In this document: positions 13,261 through 25,296 of the stretch, piece by piece
Layout of the letters: every line of letters starts with the position of its first letter
Numbering within the stretch: position 1 is the first letter of the stretch
DNA from: Phoronis australis
Lineage: Eukaryota; Animalia; Phoronida
Length of the DNA stretch: 64,000 nucleotides
Assembly: GCA_002633005.1 (NCBI GenBank)
Contig: NMRA01000164.1
Span: 434,489-498,488 of the forward strand
Reading direction: 5' to 3'
Program-made: the position numbers and the translations under genes
The notes under the pieces: model-generated
Database searches by the model: none
Told to the model about the DNA's origin: nothing
What the model saw: the letters and a program-made list of their open reading frames with translations, nothing else

Positions 13261-14513
13261 TTAAAGCAGACTGCAATATCTCGTGTAATCTCGCCATGTC
13301 TTGCTTTTCTAGCGAGGTCCTAGCGTTACTTAACTCTACCCAGTTCGTGATGACATTAATTCTAATGAATTCAAGCCTTGAGAGCACCACACTTGAAGAC
13401 ATTGTTACTCTGTTTTGGCAGCATTGACTGATGGTCTAAGTTCCATCTATGGCCAAGTATAGTTTTTGTCTAAGGTCAAAGGTTATGGTGGCCGTTGACC
13501 AAAAAGTGATGCCAAAACAATATGCACAAAGCGACTATTATTTCTACTCAAAACCTTCATTTGTATAGCTGCAGCACTTTGTTCTTGAGTGCGTTCTGTA
13601 GGTACAAGAATCTCTTCAAAAAGCGAAATCACACATGTGATAGGTAAGTTTTTCTTTAGTATGCTTGGGAGCTTACCATCATACCCTAGCAAAATGGTGG
13701 TGTGGCCCCTGAAGTGATTGGAATGTTAAATAAGATTTCTTACTGAAAGTGCAGCGCTAGGATTTAGGGTCTACAGAACACAGATCTGGTATTCATTTGT
13801 GGTGCTTTCAGAAAATGTTGTTACTCAATTCTAGTTTAATATATGAATATTGCCTGAAGGTCAACTCATTTCCTAGAAGGCACCCTCCACCCTTTGTAGC
13901 AAAAGACAACTTCAGAGAACAAACTATGCTTCTTCTATTTGTTGAATATTTGTGTTTGTCTAATAACATTTTTTGGCTAATAAAACTTGTTACACTGATC
14001 TGCCACAGATGTTTGCATTTCAGGATTCAAGTGCATTTTTTCACGTTTGAACTTCCGTGTGACAATAAAAATTTCAACACCAACCTCAGGTTGGTAACAA
14101 CATGGCCCTCACACTTGTGAAGATAAACTCGACTCGGACTTGCAAATAGCTCAACTGTCAACACTGTAGAGGCTCGCAAAACATTATATTGGTTTCTTTT
14201 TTTTTTGGTAAATTGATGCCCCAGTTGTTAAGTTGTATAATTGGGAAGTAGATTCTCACTCAGATTTCATTAAAGACACGACTAGTCATTTCAGAGTGAT
14301 TTCTGGTGGACTTTGTTCTACCCTCATTTCCTGAGCGTCGCCTGAATATGTCGCGATGTCATCTTTGAGGCACTTGTTTCAAATTGAGTTGGGATGCAAA
14401 CTGTGTCATTTTCTTGACCTTGCGCACTCAAAAACAGTTCAAACCATTTGCACCATTCAGTTTCATAACAATGCTAGAAGCCCTTGTATAATGGAAAAAA
14501 TGTAATTTTGACA

Positions 14514-15076
14514 GGGCTGTTCCAGCAAAATCTGTGTGGGAGGGGGGAGGAAGGCAACTGAAATAAAAATTTATGGGTGGTTGCGTCTGATTTAAATTCA
14601 AAATGGCTGGCGGTCGTACTTCAAAAAAAATAAAAATTTACAGGTCGTTGTTGTTTCATTGGGCCATAAATGTTTGACGGTGGGTAATTTTAGTAAATTT
14701 TATAAACAATCTGCACAGAATCAAAAACTGAAACAAAAATGCAACTTGCAAAAAGCTGACTTTTTCACTCCCTCCGATCTCATCAGCATGCCCAGAACAC
14801 CATTTAAACACGTGCTCAAATTTCTAGACGGCTAATAACCATATACGAGAAACACATTTTTTTAGTAATCAATGACGTTAGTGGTGATGGAGGAACACAT
14901 AAACTCAAGCGCCTGTGCAGTCAACCACAAGAACAAAAAAAAATTACGGGTGGTTGCATTTCAAATTTATAAAAAATTACGGGTGGTAGGCTGAAGAAAT
15001 AAATGAAAAATATGGGTGGTAGCTGCGAAAAAAAGGTGCCTTCCCCCCTCCCATACAGATTTTACTGGAACAGCCC
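14514..15076. mobile_element. Second MITE with the same Harbinger-like TIRs, opposite orientation
   Basis: Same GGGCTGTTCCAG termini. Subterminal arms match 12444-13260 in reverse and the interior differs. Flanks are ACA/TTA (imperfect TSD). Confidence 0.75.
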
Positions 15077-15215
15077 TTATATATTTTGCCCGAAGTTGGT
15101 GATATTTTACCATAGCAATGCACGGCATGTTGCCTGTTAACAAATCCACCCCACAAAAGATAGACAAATTTAAAGTTTTGTGAATAAATTTATTTTTTAT
15201 GAATTTTACAGCAAA

Positions 15216-18200
15216 TTACTTTTTACTGGGTTTTTTATTAACACGCTTGGGCTTTGGTGCCTTGACAGTTTTCTTCAGTTTGCCGCACTCAATAGCAACC
15301 AGACGGTTTCTCTGGAAAAAAAGAAAACGAAAACAATTAACTACATGACATTGACGCAACTTATCAATGACATCACTACATCAGAATTGGCTCACACATC
15401 AGATTCCGCGTCAACAGTCAACAATGTAATTTCAGACAATTCATTCTTATCAGCAAATTGATAAACTACTAATCACCTGTGTGGCCAATTAAATAAATGT
15501 AAGTTCACGTTCAAAGCTGTCACTAGAGGGACTAAGAGTGGCAGAAAATAGATGTGATCTTTTCACAATATCTGCCATTTTTTATAAGTGTACAAAACGC
15601 GTGTTTCGGGGGAGGGGGGGGGAGTTGGTCAATGCTTGCTGCGTAAAATGTTGATGTCATAAACGAGTTAGTTAACACAAAATTTAAAGTGTCATTGTTT
15701 TTTGAATTCTGGAGAGTTGTTTGAAAATACATGCTTTATTTCACACCAATGTACAATAAAACACCAACACTGAGTTTAAAGCATGGTTTATGTAAATACT
15801 AGCCTACAAAAATATCACCGCGTATACTTTAAAAGAAGGTTGGTAAAAGTCACAACTTTCGCACACTTGTGAAAATAATGACCCAGCAATTATTTGTCAT
15901 GAGCAAAAATTATCAGTTTCATAGATGATAGCAGTAAGAGCATGCAAAAAGACAAAGTACTTCACTGAGAAGCAAGACAAGTGTTTGAAGGGTAACAGAA
16001 ATACAATCAAAAACAGACCCCTCCAAAAAGACGCCATTCAACATCATTTAAGTCTACAGGGCAGTATGTCAAATACTAGGACACAAAATTAATGAAAATT
16101 GACGACCACTGCAATAAGTGACTGATCACATTGTCACATTTAGTGTCCTCCCCCTGTGCCATCACCAATCATCAACAAGTCTTCAGCCAAGCTAAAGTAT
16201 CATCAAGGGTCGGCACTTTGCTCTCTGGGGTATTGTCTCGAGTACGTATTTTAACTTTGTGGAATCAGTGGTATTATTCAGAGAGGAGGTTTCCCGGGTA
16301 CTGCTTTAAACTGAATTGAATGCGAAACGGCCTGCCTGGAAAAGAGCCTCCAGACTGGTAAGTTTACCATAGTCAGTCAAAGTGGATTGCAGGTTGTTAC
16401 AATTTTTGTTACTGTTTTATTATTAGTCCACGGTCTGCAAAGAAATTCATTGTAAAAATGTGTTGCTTTGATTTGCTGCCTATTATAAAGCACCTTCAGA
16501 CTGAGTATGTGTAAAACATCAAGTATTCAGATGACCAGACTGAACACTCGCGTTTTACCTGTACTCACCTGAAGATGCTTTACAGCCAAAAGGTTAACAG
16601 GTCTGGAGAAAGCACAGGCAATAAGCACCCACTTGCGTTGTGTACACGTGGGTGTATAAGAAGTAACTTACCGTCTGCTTAGCCTTCATGAGCTTGAACC
16701 TGTCAAAGTCTGTGAGCTGTGCCCTCTGTAACATTAAGAACAGGTCAGAAAATGGACACCAAACTCAAAATACAAAAGTTCTGAAAAACTTCACGCGACG
16801 TAATACAACAAAACTATTGACCTATTGCCTTGCACGTATTTGCTCATGATCACAATAGCAACCGTGAACTTAATGTTGACGGACATTAATTAATGTCAGC
16901 AACATGTTTTGCTCATGCAGTGAACAAGTTTATCAGACAGAATACGAGCATGGTGGGTTTCGTCTCATCAGAAGCAGTGTGCGTCGTCAATAAACATTCC
17001 GACGGCAATTCCTATCAAGTACTGGTTCATCATGTACAGGACGAAACATTCCACCTTTATAAACAACAATAAAATCTACATCCATAGCTTCCAGTAAACT
17101 TCTACAGCCAAAGACTTTGAGGCGAGTTTGCACTTCTGTTGACCCCGATAACCATACAACAGCTACTGCTGAATTTTAGTTAATTTTAGATGCTCCTGTC
17201 CATTCCAATGGCCCACGCAACAACTAAAACTGCCCTCTTTGGCTGGCTAAAAATACCATAACTGTATTAGACTCTCCACCTTGTAACATTCCACAGTTCA
17301 CGTCACAGGCAATCTGTACATGTGACATTTTCGACTTTGCAAGTTAAGGTTTCGCTAACCCTATTAATTTCTTAAGCGTTTTCTTAAGTCGCTGATATCT
17401 TCGATGATCTTGTTGGCAATGGAAATGGAACCTCATCACAGCAAGGAATATTAAGAGACCGATTTTATGACAGTAAAAGGCCTAATTTGATTATTTAGCA
17501 AGCAAAGCTTGACAAAATTTAATCACTGAAAATTTCTATATGTCAACTGACGCATTAAACTTAGTGACTTTTGGCACAATCTTGCGTCACTGTAAAACAA
17601 TTACTGCATTGTACAATGCCTGTGAGAAGTAACAAAGAATACATTGGGGAACGCCAGAAAAGTTGTGATTTGCCAGTTTAATAGCTTTTGAGCTGCTGAA
17701 ACACGACCCGCAAGGCAGACAAACCAATGAGCTCAGTGCTGCTGCTGAAGCTCGCTGGCAATGCATACATTTCCCTGTTGGGTTCTGGTGCTGAACTGGA
17801 TGTCTAATAATCATTATAATAATGTATTTATTGTCCATTGGTAGTAAATATGGTATCACTTCACTGCATAAGTGTTAAGTTTTTGCAATAGAACCCTATA
17901 TGCAAGGACGGTGTTGCCTATCACTAGGTTGACAAACCACCCCTAAATTTTAATGCGTTACCATTCAAGGTAGGCTTTACAAATCCGGACTAATCTCATT
18001 CTGCCAACAAATTTTCTGTATGAAACTCGTTACCACCCAAGGTAAAATTACGTTTTATCTTTCTAAAAACAACACAGGACATGGCTTTTGACTCACCCTC
18101 TCTTTAGCGGCCAGTTTCTTGGCCCACGATGACTCTGCCCATTTTGTGCTGATATCAGCAGCCTCCCAGGCCTTTCTAACAGTGCTGTTGCGGGCCGAGT

Positions 18201-21200
18201 GAGGGATCTTGATGGACAGGTTGGTCAACTGGATCATCTTCAAGTTGATGGACTGACGGGGGACGTCACTACAAGGCCCATCAACCAGCACCTGGCCACA
18301 ATAACAAAGTGACAACTGAAATTCCCGTTTAAGGAACTGCTATTTTTCTTAATCCTGTATGCAGGGATATTCCTGACCAGGTTTGAGCCTGTGCCCTTTG
18401 AGCGCACCTGATGATAAAGAGTGTGCCTTTTTTCAAAAAGTTGTACCCAGCAGACTTCATGTTATTAAAGTGGTAACATATGAAACAGAAACCCCAAGGG
18501 CGACTAAAATTCGAACAGTGTCATGTTCACGCAAAAACTTGGAATTTTTATTCAAAAATTCCATAAAAAGGCAACCTAACAAAGACTTCAAACAGACTGT
18601 TCAGCTGAGGCAGAATAAGAACCCACTGGCTGTAAGTCGACTAGAAGAGTGTTGCGTTTTAAAAGATGCGCCTGAGGGGGCACACTGCTGCAGTGTACAT
18701 GTGCCGTTTTATTTTTTGTGAGCTAATGGTGCAAAGACTCGGTCCAGGAATATCCCTGCATATGCATAGTAAGTAAAATTTACCAAACAGAACACAAAGG
18801 TCTCAAAAATAGCAATTTTCCCCTTGCGCGTTTTTTACTTTAACAGGGCTTGGAATGACCAATGGCGAATAACGCGGAAATTTTTACGGCCCGAAACATG
18901 CGCGCAGCCAGCCTTGAAGAAGCGGTGTGGACCTTTTGCCGGCAAAAATCGAGAGGACTAAAAAAAAACGGAGCCACCTCCGGAAGCGTGCGTCTGCGTC
19001 TGTCTTAGCTCGTCCGCCACTCCCACCTCCAAACATTTTTGGCTGCAGAGTCGTAGTTTTTGTCACCGCGGTTTACAATCACACGAGCCGCCATTGAGGA
19101 AATCCACCACGCTATCCCAGATGCCCCGGCAATGTTGACAATTTACGTTCCTCCGAAACATAAAGAGCAACTTCCGCTTTTCCAGGTGAAAGTCGTCGGC
19201 AACGCGACGGTAAGAAAGAAATTTGCCGCGGAAATTTTATATCAAATCCGATTATTTTTTTACGCGGAAATATAATAAAATACGCGGACAGAACATTTGA
19301 AAAAAGCGGAAATCCGCGTTACCGCGGAAAATTCCAAGCCCTGTTTAAGCCCCCAAAACTAAGCCTTCATATTCCACTTCAACACCACTACACTAATATT
19401 AGAATATTACGCATCCACTGTCAAACACTATCCATGTAAACAAAGTTGGCAGGGGAAAAAATTTGGGCGGTAAATGTCGCCTCTGGTACAATGGATGCCT
19501 AATTAGTGAGAACCAGATGAATTTAATTAATCTGAAAATGTATCTAGGACAACAAAAAATCACAATTTAACCAAAGATGACCCCAAAAAAAACATGTTGC
19601 TTTTCTTCTAATGGACAACATAAGCTCTTAATGAGGCAGTTTAAACAATAAAAAACTTGAAACCAGAAGATAGACCTATGACAACAAACCACACTTCAGA
19701 ACAGTAGCTGTCGTCAGCTGGATATCTGACGGCAATTCCTATCAAGTACTGGGCTCATCACGTGTGTGGCATCAAATCAACTTTTCAAGAAAAAACATAA
19801 CGCAACTTTCACAGGATACAAAAATCACTTGTTCTAAAATTCAGTGTCAACAATCAAGAAAACGGTGGTCAACAACAGATCAGGGGCATCACTCAAACTT
19901 CAAAGATCTGTATTATCACTTACTCTAGTCTGATCTATGATGTCAAGAATGGCGCAGATCTTGCCTTTGTCTGGTCCAAAGGCAATGAACCCAATGCGCC
20001 CCACCTCCACAAACTTTGTGTATCCCTGAAATAACCAGATTTCAACATGAGGTTTTTCGACTGCTGGAAAAGAGACTTGAAACCATATTCAGATTAGGCC
20101 AAATGTAAACTAAACAACTTAGCTCTTATACCGAAACTTCCTTAAAAGATAGTTTTTGGAGACAGTAAGAAATCAGTCGACAAACTATCAAATCACACTT
20201 CAGAATAGCAGTAGTAGTCATCAGCAGAATATCTGACGGCAATTCCTATCAAGTTGGGCTCATCATGTGTGTGATATTAACTCAACTTTTCATGAAAAAA
20301 TGTGCACATGACTTTCTCTAGGCAATTACATCGGCCTGGATGCCGCAGGCATACAGGGGCGATACTACATCCCCACAATAAGTTGCTCATTTCAAAATAC
20401 AGGAAATAAAATCAAATGAAACATGCATCTAGCATGCATAGCGCGTGCGCGGAGAAACAGTTAACAGCAACCAAAAAAAGTGGAGCTGGAATTCTTCGCC
20501 AAAGTCAACTTAATTCTCACAACTAAGCTTCATCAAAGATATGTATAGAAGTAGAAAGGACCAATGATGAAAATAAGCGCTTTTAAATTATAGTTTTAAG
20601 TGTGGAATGTATTTTTGACGAGATGAAAACTCAAAATCGGTGACCGAATTTGGGTTACCGCCTGTTTAAAATACATGAAACGAAATGCCTACAAAAAGCG
20701 AATGGAAGTATTGTAACCCCTAAATGGCCAACCGAGGCGAGGGGCTACGTGGTGTTGCCCACAGGCGTCCTCAGCTTCTGATCGCCCCTGATACACTATG
20801 TATATGTACTACAAGGTATGACACTCGGGACTAGAAATTCCATGGGTTCTTCGATNCAGTAAGAAATCAGTCGACAAATTATCAAATCACACTTCAGAAT
20901 AGCAGTAGTAGTCATCAGCAGAATATCTGACGGCAATTCCTATCAAGTTGGGCTCATCATATGTGTGACATTAACTCAACTTTTCATGAAAAACTGTGCA
21001 CATGACTTTCTCTAGGCAATTACATCGGCCTGGATGCCTCAGGCATACAGGGGCGATACTACATCCCCACAAAAAGTTACTCATTTCAAAATACAGGAAA
21101 TAAAATCAAATGAAACATGCATCTATGCACATGGAGTTATAAACAACTCGTGCCATAAGCCTGAAAACAATTCAGTCAAGATAATTTGAACAAATCGATG

Positions 21201-22843
21201 AAGATCTGTCGTGGTTTACTAGAGTTTCTCTTACCAGGTGCCATTATGAGGAAGTTACAAGAAATCACGCATGCTGACGAATAAAAAGTCCAAGGGACAC
21301 AAATCTTACAAATTTCACCTGATACCTTTTCATGCTATTTTGCAAGTGCCACGCGCTAGTGTCACGCGCTTCGCTCAGTCTCGCGCTAGCATTTGGCTAA
21401 CTCACACGACTCAGTTGACATACTCCGTGGTTAGCGCGTGCGCGGAGAAACAGTTAACAGCAACCAAAAAAAGTGGAGCTGGAATTCTTCGCCAAAGTCA
21501 ACTTAATTCTCACAACTAAGCTTCATCAAAGATAGGTATAGAAGTAGAAAGGACCAATGATGAAAATAAGCGCTTTTAAATTATAGTTTTAAGTGTGGAA
21601 TGTATTTTTGACGAGATGAAAACTCAAAATCGGTGACCGAATTTGGGTTACCGCCTGTTTAAAATACATGAAACGAAATGCCTACAAAAAGCGAATGGAA
21701 GTATTGTAACCCCTAAATGGCCAACCGAGGCGAGGGGCTACGTGGTGTTGCCCACAGGCGTCCTCAGCTTCTGATCGCCCCTGATACACTATGTATATGT
21801 ACTACAAGGTATGACACTCGGGACTAGAAATTCCATGGGTTCTTCGATTCAGCCGTCCATATCAAACACATAACTCAATAAACTTACACAAAACAGGGGT
21901 TCAACAAACCATGAGAAACTGTTCTTTCTTAAAATACCATTCACGGTGTCCTGCTCAAGCGAGTTCGCAAGAAATTCGCTGTCAAAGCACGAAAATGTTC
22001 CCAAAAAGCCCAAACACACTTTGCACTTTGTCGGTTCGAGGTCAAGGACGGAACGGAAATTGTCGGTTTGTCGCGTAACGTCACGACGTCGATAACGCCG
22101 TCCTTTCGTAATTCATCGGTAATTTCCGTACCACCCTTGACCTCGAATTGAAAAAGTGCAAAATGTGTTTGGGCTTTTTGGGAACATTTTTGTGCTTTGA
22201 CAGCGAATTTCTTGCGAACTCGCTGGAGCAGGACACAGTTATATTGCGTTATAAGAAGAACAATTTCTCATGGTTTGTTGAACCCGTTTTGTGTAAATTT
22301 ACTTTTACTGAGTTATGTGTTTGATATGGACGACGGAATCGAAGCACTCATGGAATTTCTAGTCCCGAGTGTCATACTTTGTAGTATTATTATGTAGTGT
22401 ATTGGCGGGGACGCGATCAGAAGCTGAGTACGCCTGTGGTGTTGCCTAGGCGTAGCCATGTCACGGTTGCTCACGTTCTTCACTTAACCGTTTACCCGTC
22501 TGAACCTGATATAATTAAAGACACTGGCTTCAGTAAAACGTCTGGAATTATATACACATAACCCTTGTTAACTTCTGCTCTGAAATACATTGGGCATAAC
22601 TGGCATAATGTTCATGTTCGGCAAGACAAATCATCACCAGCCTCGCTCGCACATTTGCCAAATTTGTAATGCGTCTCTTTTCTTTTTTAGAGGAATGTTT
22701 CGCATCAATTTGAAAAAATTGTAAGTCTATGACTTCTAAAAACAATGCTAATTCTTGTGGAAACTTAAAAACCACCGAAATGTTGAAGAAAGATAGTTTT
22801 TTCGTTGATTTTTTGAGGATAAATGAACATTGCACACTACCAT
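15216..22843 (-). CDS. RPL14: 60S ribosomal protein L14 (eL14), 149 aa
   Basis: Phase-0 exons: 22841-22843 (ATG only), 19924-20025 (GYTKFVEVGRIGF...IIDQTR), 18097-18291 (VLVDGPCS...WAKKLAAKER), 16672-16725 (RAQLTDFDRFKLMKAKQT), 15216-15311 (RNRLVAIE...SKK*). Confidence 0.96.
16957..17047 (-). ncRNA. SNORD49: Box C/D snoRNA, U49-like, RPL14 intron 3
   Basis: Minus strand reads C box ATGATGA, guide TTGATAGGAATTGCCGT, D' CGGA, C' TGACGA, D CTGA, with an 8-bp terminal stem GTTTCGTC/GACGAAAC. Resembles vertebrate U49 as I recall it. Confidence 0.85.
18358..18762. mobile_element. MITE with about 20-bp TIRs in RPL14 intron 2
   Basis: TATGCAGGGATATTCCTG ... CAGGAATATCCCTGCATA, possibly with a TA target duplication. 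Confidence 0.7.
18844..19343. mobile_element. hAT-like MITE, 500 bp, RPL14 intron 2
   Basis: TIRs CAGGGCTTGGAAT ... ATTCCAAGCCCTG with multiple CGCGGAAA subterminal motifs. No clean 8-bp TSD, so the superfamily call is tentative. Confidence 0.7.
19689..19769 (-). ncRNA. SNORD49: Box C/D snoRNA, U49-like, RPL14 intron 2
   Basis: C box GTGATGA, identical guide TTGATAGGAATTGCCGT, D' CAGA, C' TGACGA, D CTGA, terminal stem CCACAC/GTGTGG. Confidence 0.87.
20192..20275 (-). ncRNA. SNORD49: Box C/D snoRNA, U49-like, RPL14 intron 1
   Basis: C box ATGATGA, same guide, D' CAGA, C' TGATGA, D CTGA, terminal stem ATCACAC/GTGTGAT. Confidence 0.87.
20887..20968 (-). ncRNA. SNORD49: Box C/D snoRNA, U49-like; probably the other allele of 20192-20275
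   Basis: Nearly identical to 20192-20275 and inside the block duplicated across the N at 20856. Confidence 0.7.
21753..22438. mobile_element. Foldback MITE, 686 bp, P-superfamily-like, RPL14 intron 1
   Basis: Imperfect inverted arms of about 300 bp beginning CACAGGCG and ending CGCCTGTG. Perfect 8-bp TSD GTGTTGCC (21745-21752, 22439-22446). The terminus fits CANRG. Confidence 0.85.
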
Positions 22844-22880
22844 GCTTCAAGATGGCGGAAAGAGGGCTAGTGACGTCACT
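22844..22880 (-). promoter_or_regulatory. RPL14 TCT/5'TOP start with YY1 and CRE motifs
   Basis: Minus strand reads TGACGTCA-CTAGCC-CTCTTTCC-GCCATCTTG-AAGC-ATG|gtagtg. Confidence 0.85.
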
Positions 22881-23904
22881 AAGATTTAGTTCTGAAATTG
22901 ACCAACAGGTCACGACGACCCGAGGATCTTTGTGCCGCCGAATCACGGACTGAGTGGCTGGGTCAACTGGTGGCAATCTCACGTTTGTGTACTAGTAAAG
23001 AAATTGGACTCTGGGAAATAACAATATTCGTGACAAAGAGACAAATGAACACCTGTTCCACTGTTGTCAACATTCGAGAATGAAAAAACGGGACAACTGT
23101 ATTGAAAAGCGGGTCTTCCGGATAAAAAGCGGGTGTGCGTTCAGTAATGCTGACCCGATACGCTAGGACCTGGCTAAAATCTGTCCAAAGTCGCGTGTTC
23201 TCTTTCAAAATACACGGCAATATCTCACGTAATCTCGTTAAGTCTTGCTTTTTAGCGAGGTCCTAGCGTTACTGAACGGGAGGTGGGACATCTGAGTCTT
23301 AGCCAGGCGTACGTAAGGGGTGAAATCAGTGTTCGACGCAACCAAAAGAACGTCCCCACAGCGTTTTTTGATGAGTGGGAGACGTTATACCCAAAAGCGC
23401 TTACGCTGTTTTTTTTGTTTTTTTAAGTGGAATGGGCAATTGCATGCGGGTGCCTCCAAAACCCATGAAACGTCCCGTTTTTTTCTTTTTAATCGGAACT
23501 GGAAAATAGTGCTAGTCAGGCGCTTGGAAAATTACACTGAGTATGTGATATGTCAGTGTCGCCATGTGTCAAAAAGCGGGACAGCTTGACGGTGTGGCGG
23601 GATGTCTGAAAAAAATTTAAAAGTAGAATAGTCCGTCAAGAGCGAGACAATTGGCAAGTACAGTGTACGATAAGTCAGCAACACAAAGTACGGCTTAATT
23701 TGGATTGGATTTTTTACAACTTGAGGTAAGCTTTTAATTTTTTAAATTTTCATTTCAGCGCTATAGGTAAATACTATAGATAACATTCACTGCTCAGAAA
23801 TCGAATTAACAAAAAAGTATCTGGGAAACAGGTTAACAATGCACAAATCGTGATTTATAATAGAAACGATTGCAAACGGCCGGGTTACGGTAACAATGTA
23901 TGCA

Positions 23905-24000
23905 AACACACACAGAGTCACACACACAAACACACACGCACACACACACGCGCACGCACGCACGCGCACGTGCGCAAACACACGCGCGCGCGAGCGCGCT
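23905..24000. repeat. (CA)n/(CG)n alternating purine-pyrimidine microsatellite
   Basis: ACACACAC...GCGCACGCACGCACGCGCACGTGCGC...GCGCGCGCG seen directly. Confidence 0.9.
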
Positions 24001-25296
24001 CAACTATCCAAAGTGAAGTGGCTAAAATTTTTGTTGCAGAACACTCAGAAACAGAATGTCATTTCTTTTCGTAAAATATAGTAACATGATTTTAACACCC
24101 AAAAATATCTTGCTGAAAAACTCCTAGCATATAGTTTGATAGATTGTCGAAAGTGGTTTTGAGACTGGATATGAAAAGATATCAGAGGCCAGACCGGTTT
24201 CCGGTCAGGGTTACGGGTCCGTGCGTATAAAGACCAATGTAATTGTCGGGTTTGTTCACAAATTTTCCCAGGAAATTGCTGGTTGCCTAGAACCGTAGCT
24301 CTAGATTCTCACTTGATGAACAAATTGTCAAAATGAAAATGAAGCATTGAAATAAGGCTTCGTTTGATAACTACAACACTCGTCTCCATCAAAACCCAGT
24401 CAAGCAGCGGAAATTCACAGTGCGAACTCTCGCGGCTAGTCTCGAGGTCGCAAACTCTAATAATAAAATACATTGGTCACGTGCAGGAGTTGGCACTCCA
24501 GGATTAAAGTTCCAATATTAAATATGTAACTGGCGGCTTAACACGATATCAGTGGCGGCGCCAGAGCGGTACTAGTCCTGGAACCAAGCACCGACTCCTC
24601 AGTAGAATTCTATGAGTCTAGAAATAGCTATTACGATTTATGAGTCAAACTTGAATTCCAAAAATCGATGAAACCTTTGTTTATGATTACCAGTGCATGC
24701 ACAGCACTTTTATTACCGTAAGTTGTTAGATATGCGCTCTGTACACGGTCATAAAATATCGCCAAGGCCCACAGTCACGGGGCTCATTTGACAGAGTTTC
24801 TTAAAAACAACTTCAAGTAACTCTCTTCAGAAAAAAAATTCTAACGATACTACGAGAAAAGTATCGACATTTTGATCGTTACAAACTATCAGAAATATAT
24901 ACATATACATATATAGATGAGCTATGTTGCAAAAAATAGGCTTCCCTAACACAATGTCCTGGTCAGGGCCCTCAAGAGGTAAACTAAGCTCTAGTAGTGT
25001 ACAAATATTCTCTTCAGTTTTTTCTCTTCTCTATGCTTCCACATAAATGATGACTTTCTTTCCTCGACTGCTCCTGACACCACGCCTATGGCGATTGCCA
25101 CGGCCTTGACTCTGACGCCTACAAATTTTTATTGGTGCACTACCGCTTCTTACGGCCCAGCAACATCATGGAACAGTTCTTAGCAACGCCCCGACTCTTC
25201 AACGTAAAATCGTATCGTGAAGTCTATTACATGTGTCTTTATATAGATGGAGCACAACATATAGCGTACTATATTACAGAAATAAATGTGACTAAG

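Larger units (their letters stand above)
20164..21850. repeat. Local duplication across a contig join (A-B-N-A'-X-B')
   Basis: About 20164-20430 matches 20857-21125, and 20440-20855 matches 21432-21848. About 300 bp (21126-21431) is present only in the second copy. Confidence 0.85.

Noticed and set aside
16957-16975. Minus-strand CTGATGAGACGAAAC resembling a minimal hammerhead
   Set aside because: Stem II would have a 1-nt loop and stem I is absent; the sequence is explained by snoRNA box D plus terminal stem.
21231-21256. CTTCCTCATA-ATGGCACCTG|gtaag as RPL14 exon 1
   Set aside because: It is phase 1 and out of frame with exon 2. The TOP-containing exon at 22841-22866 fits.
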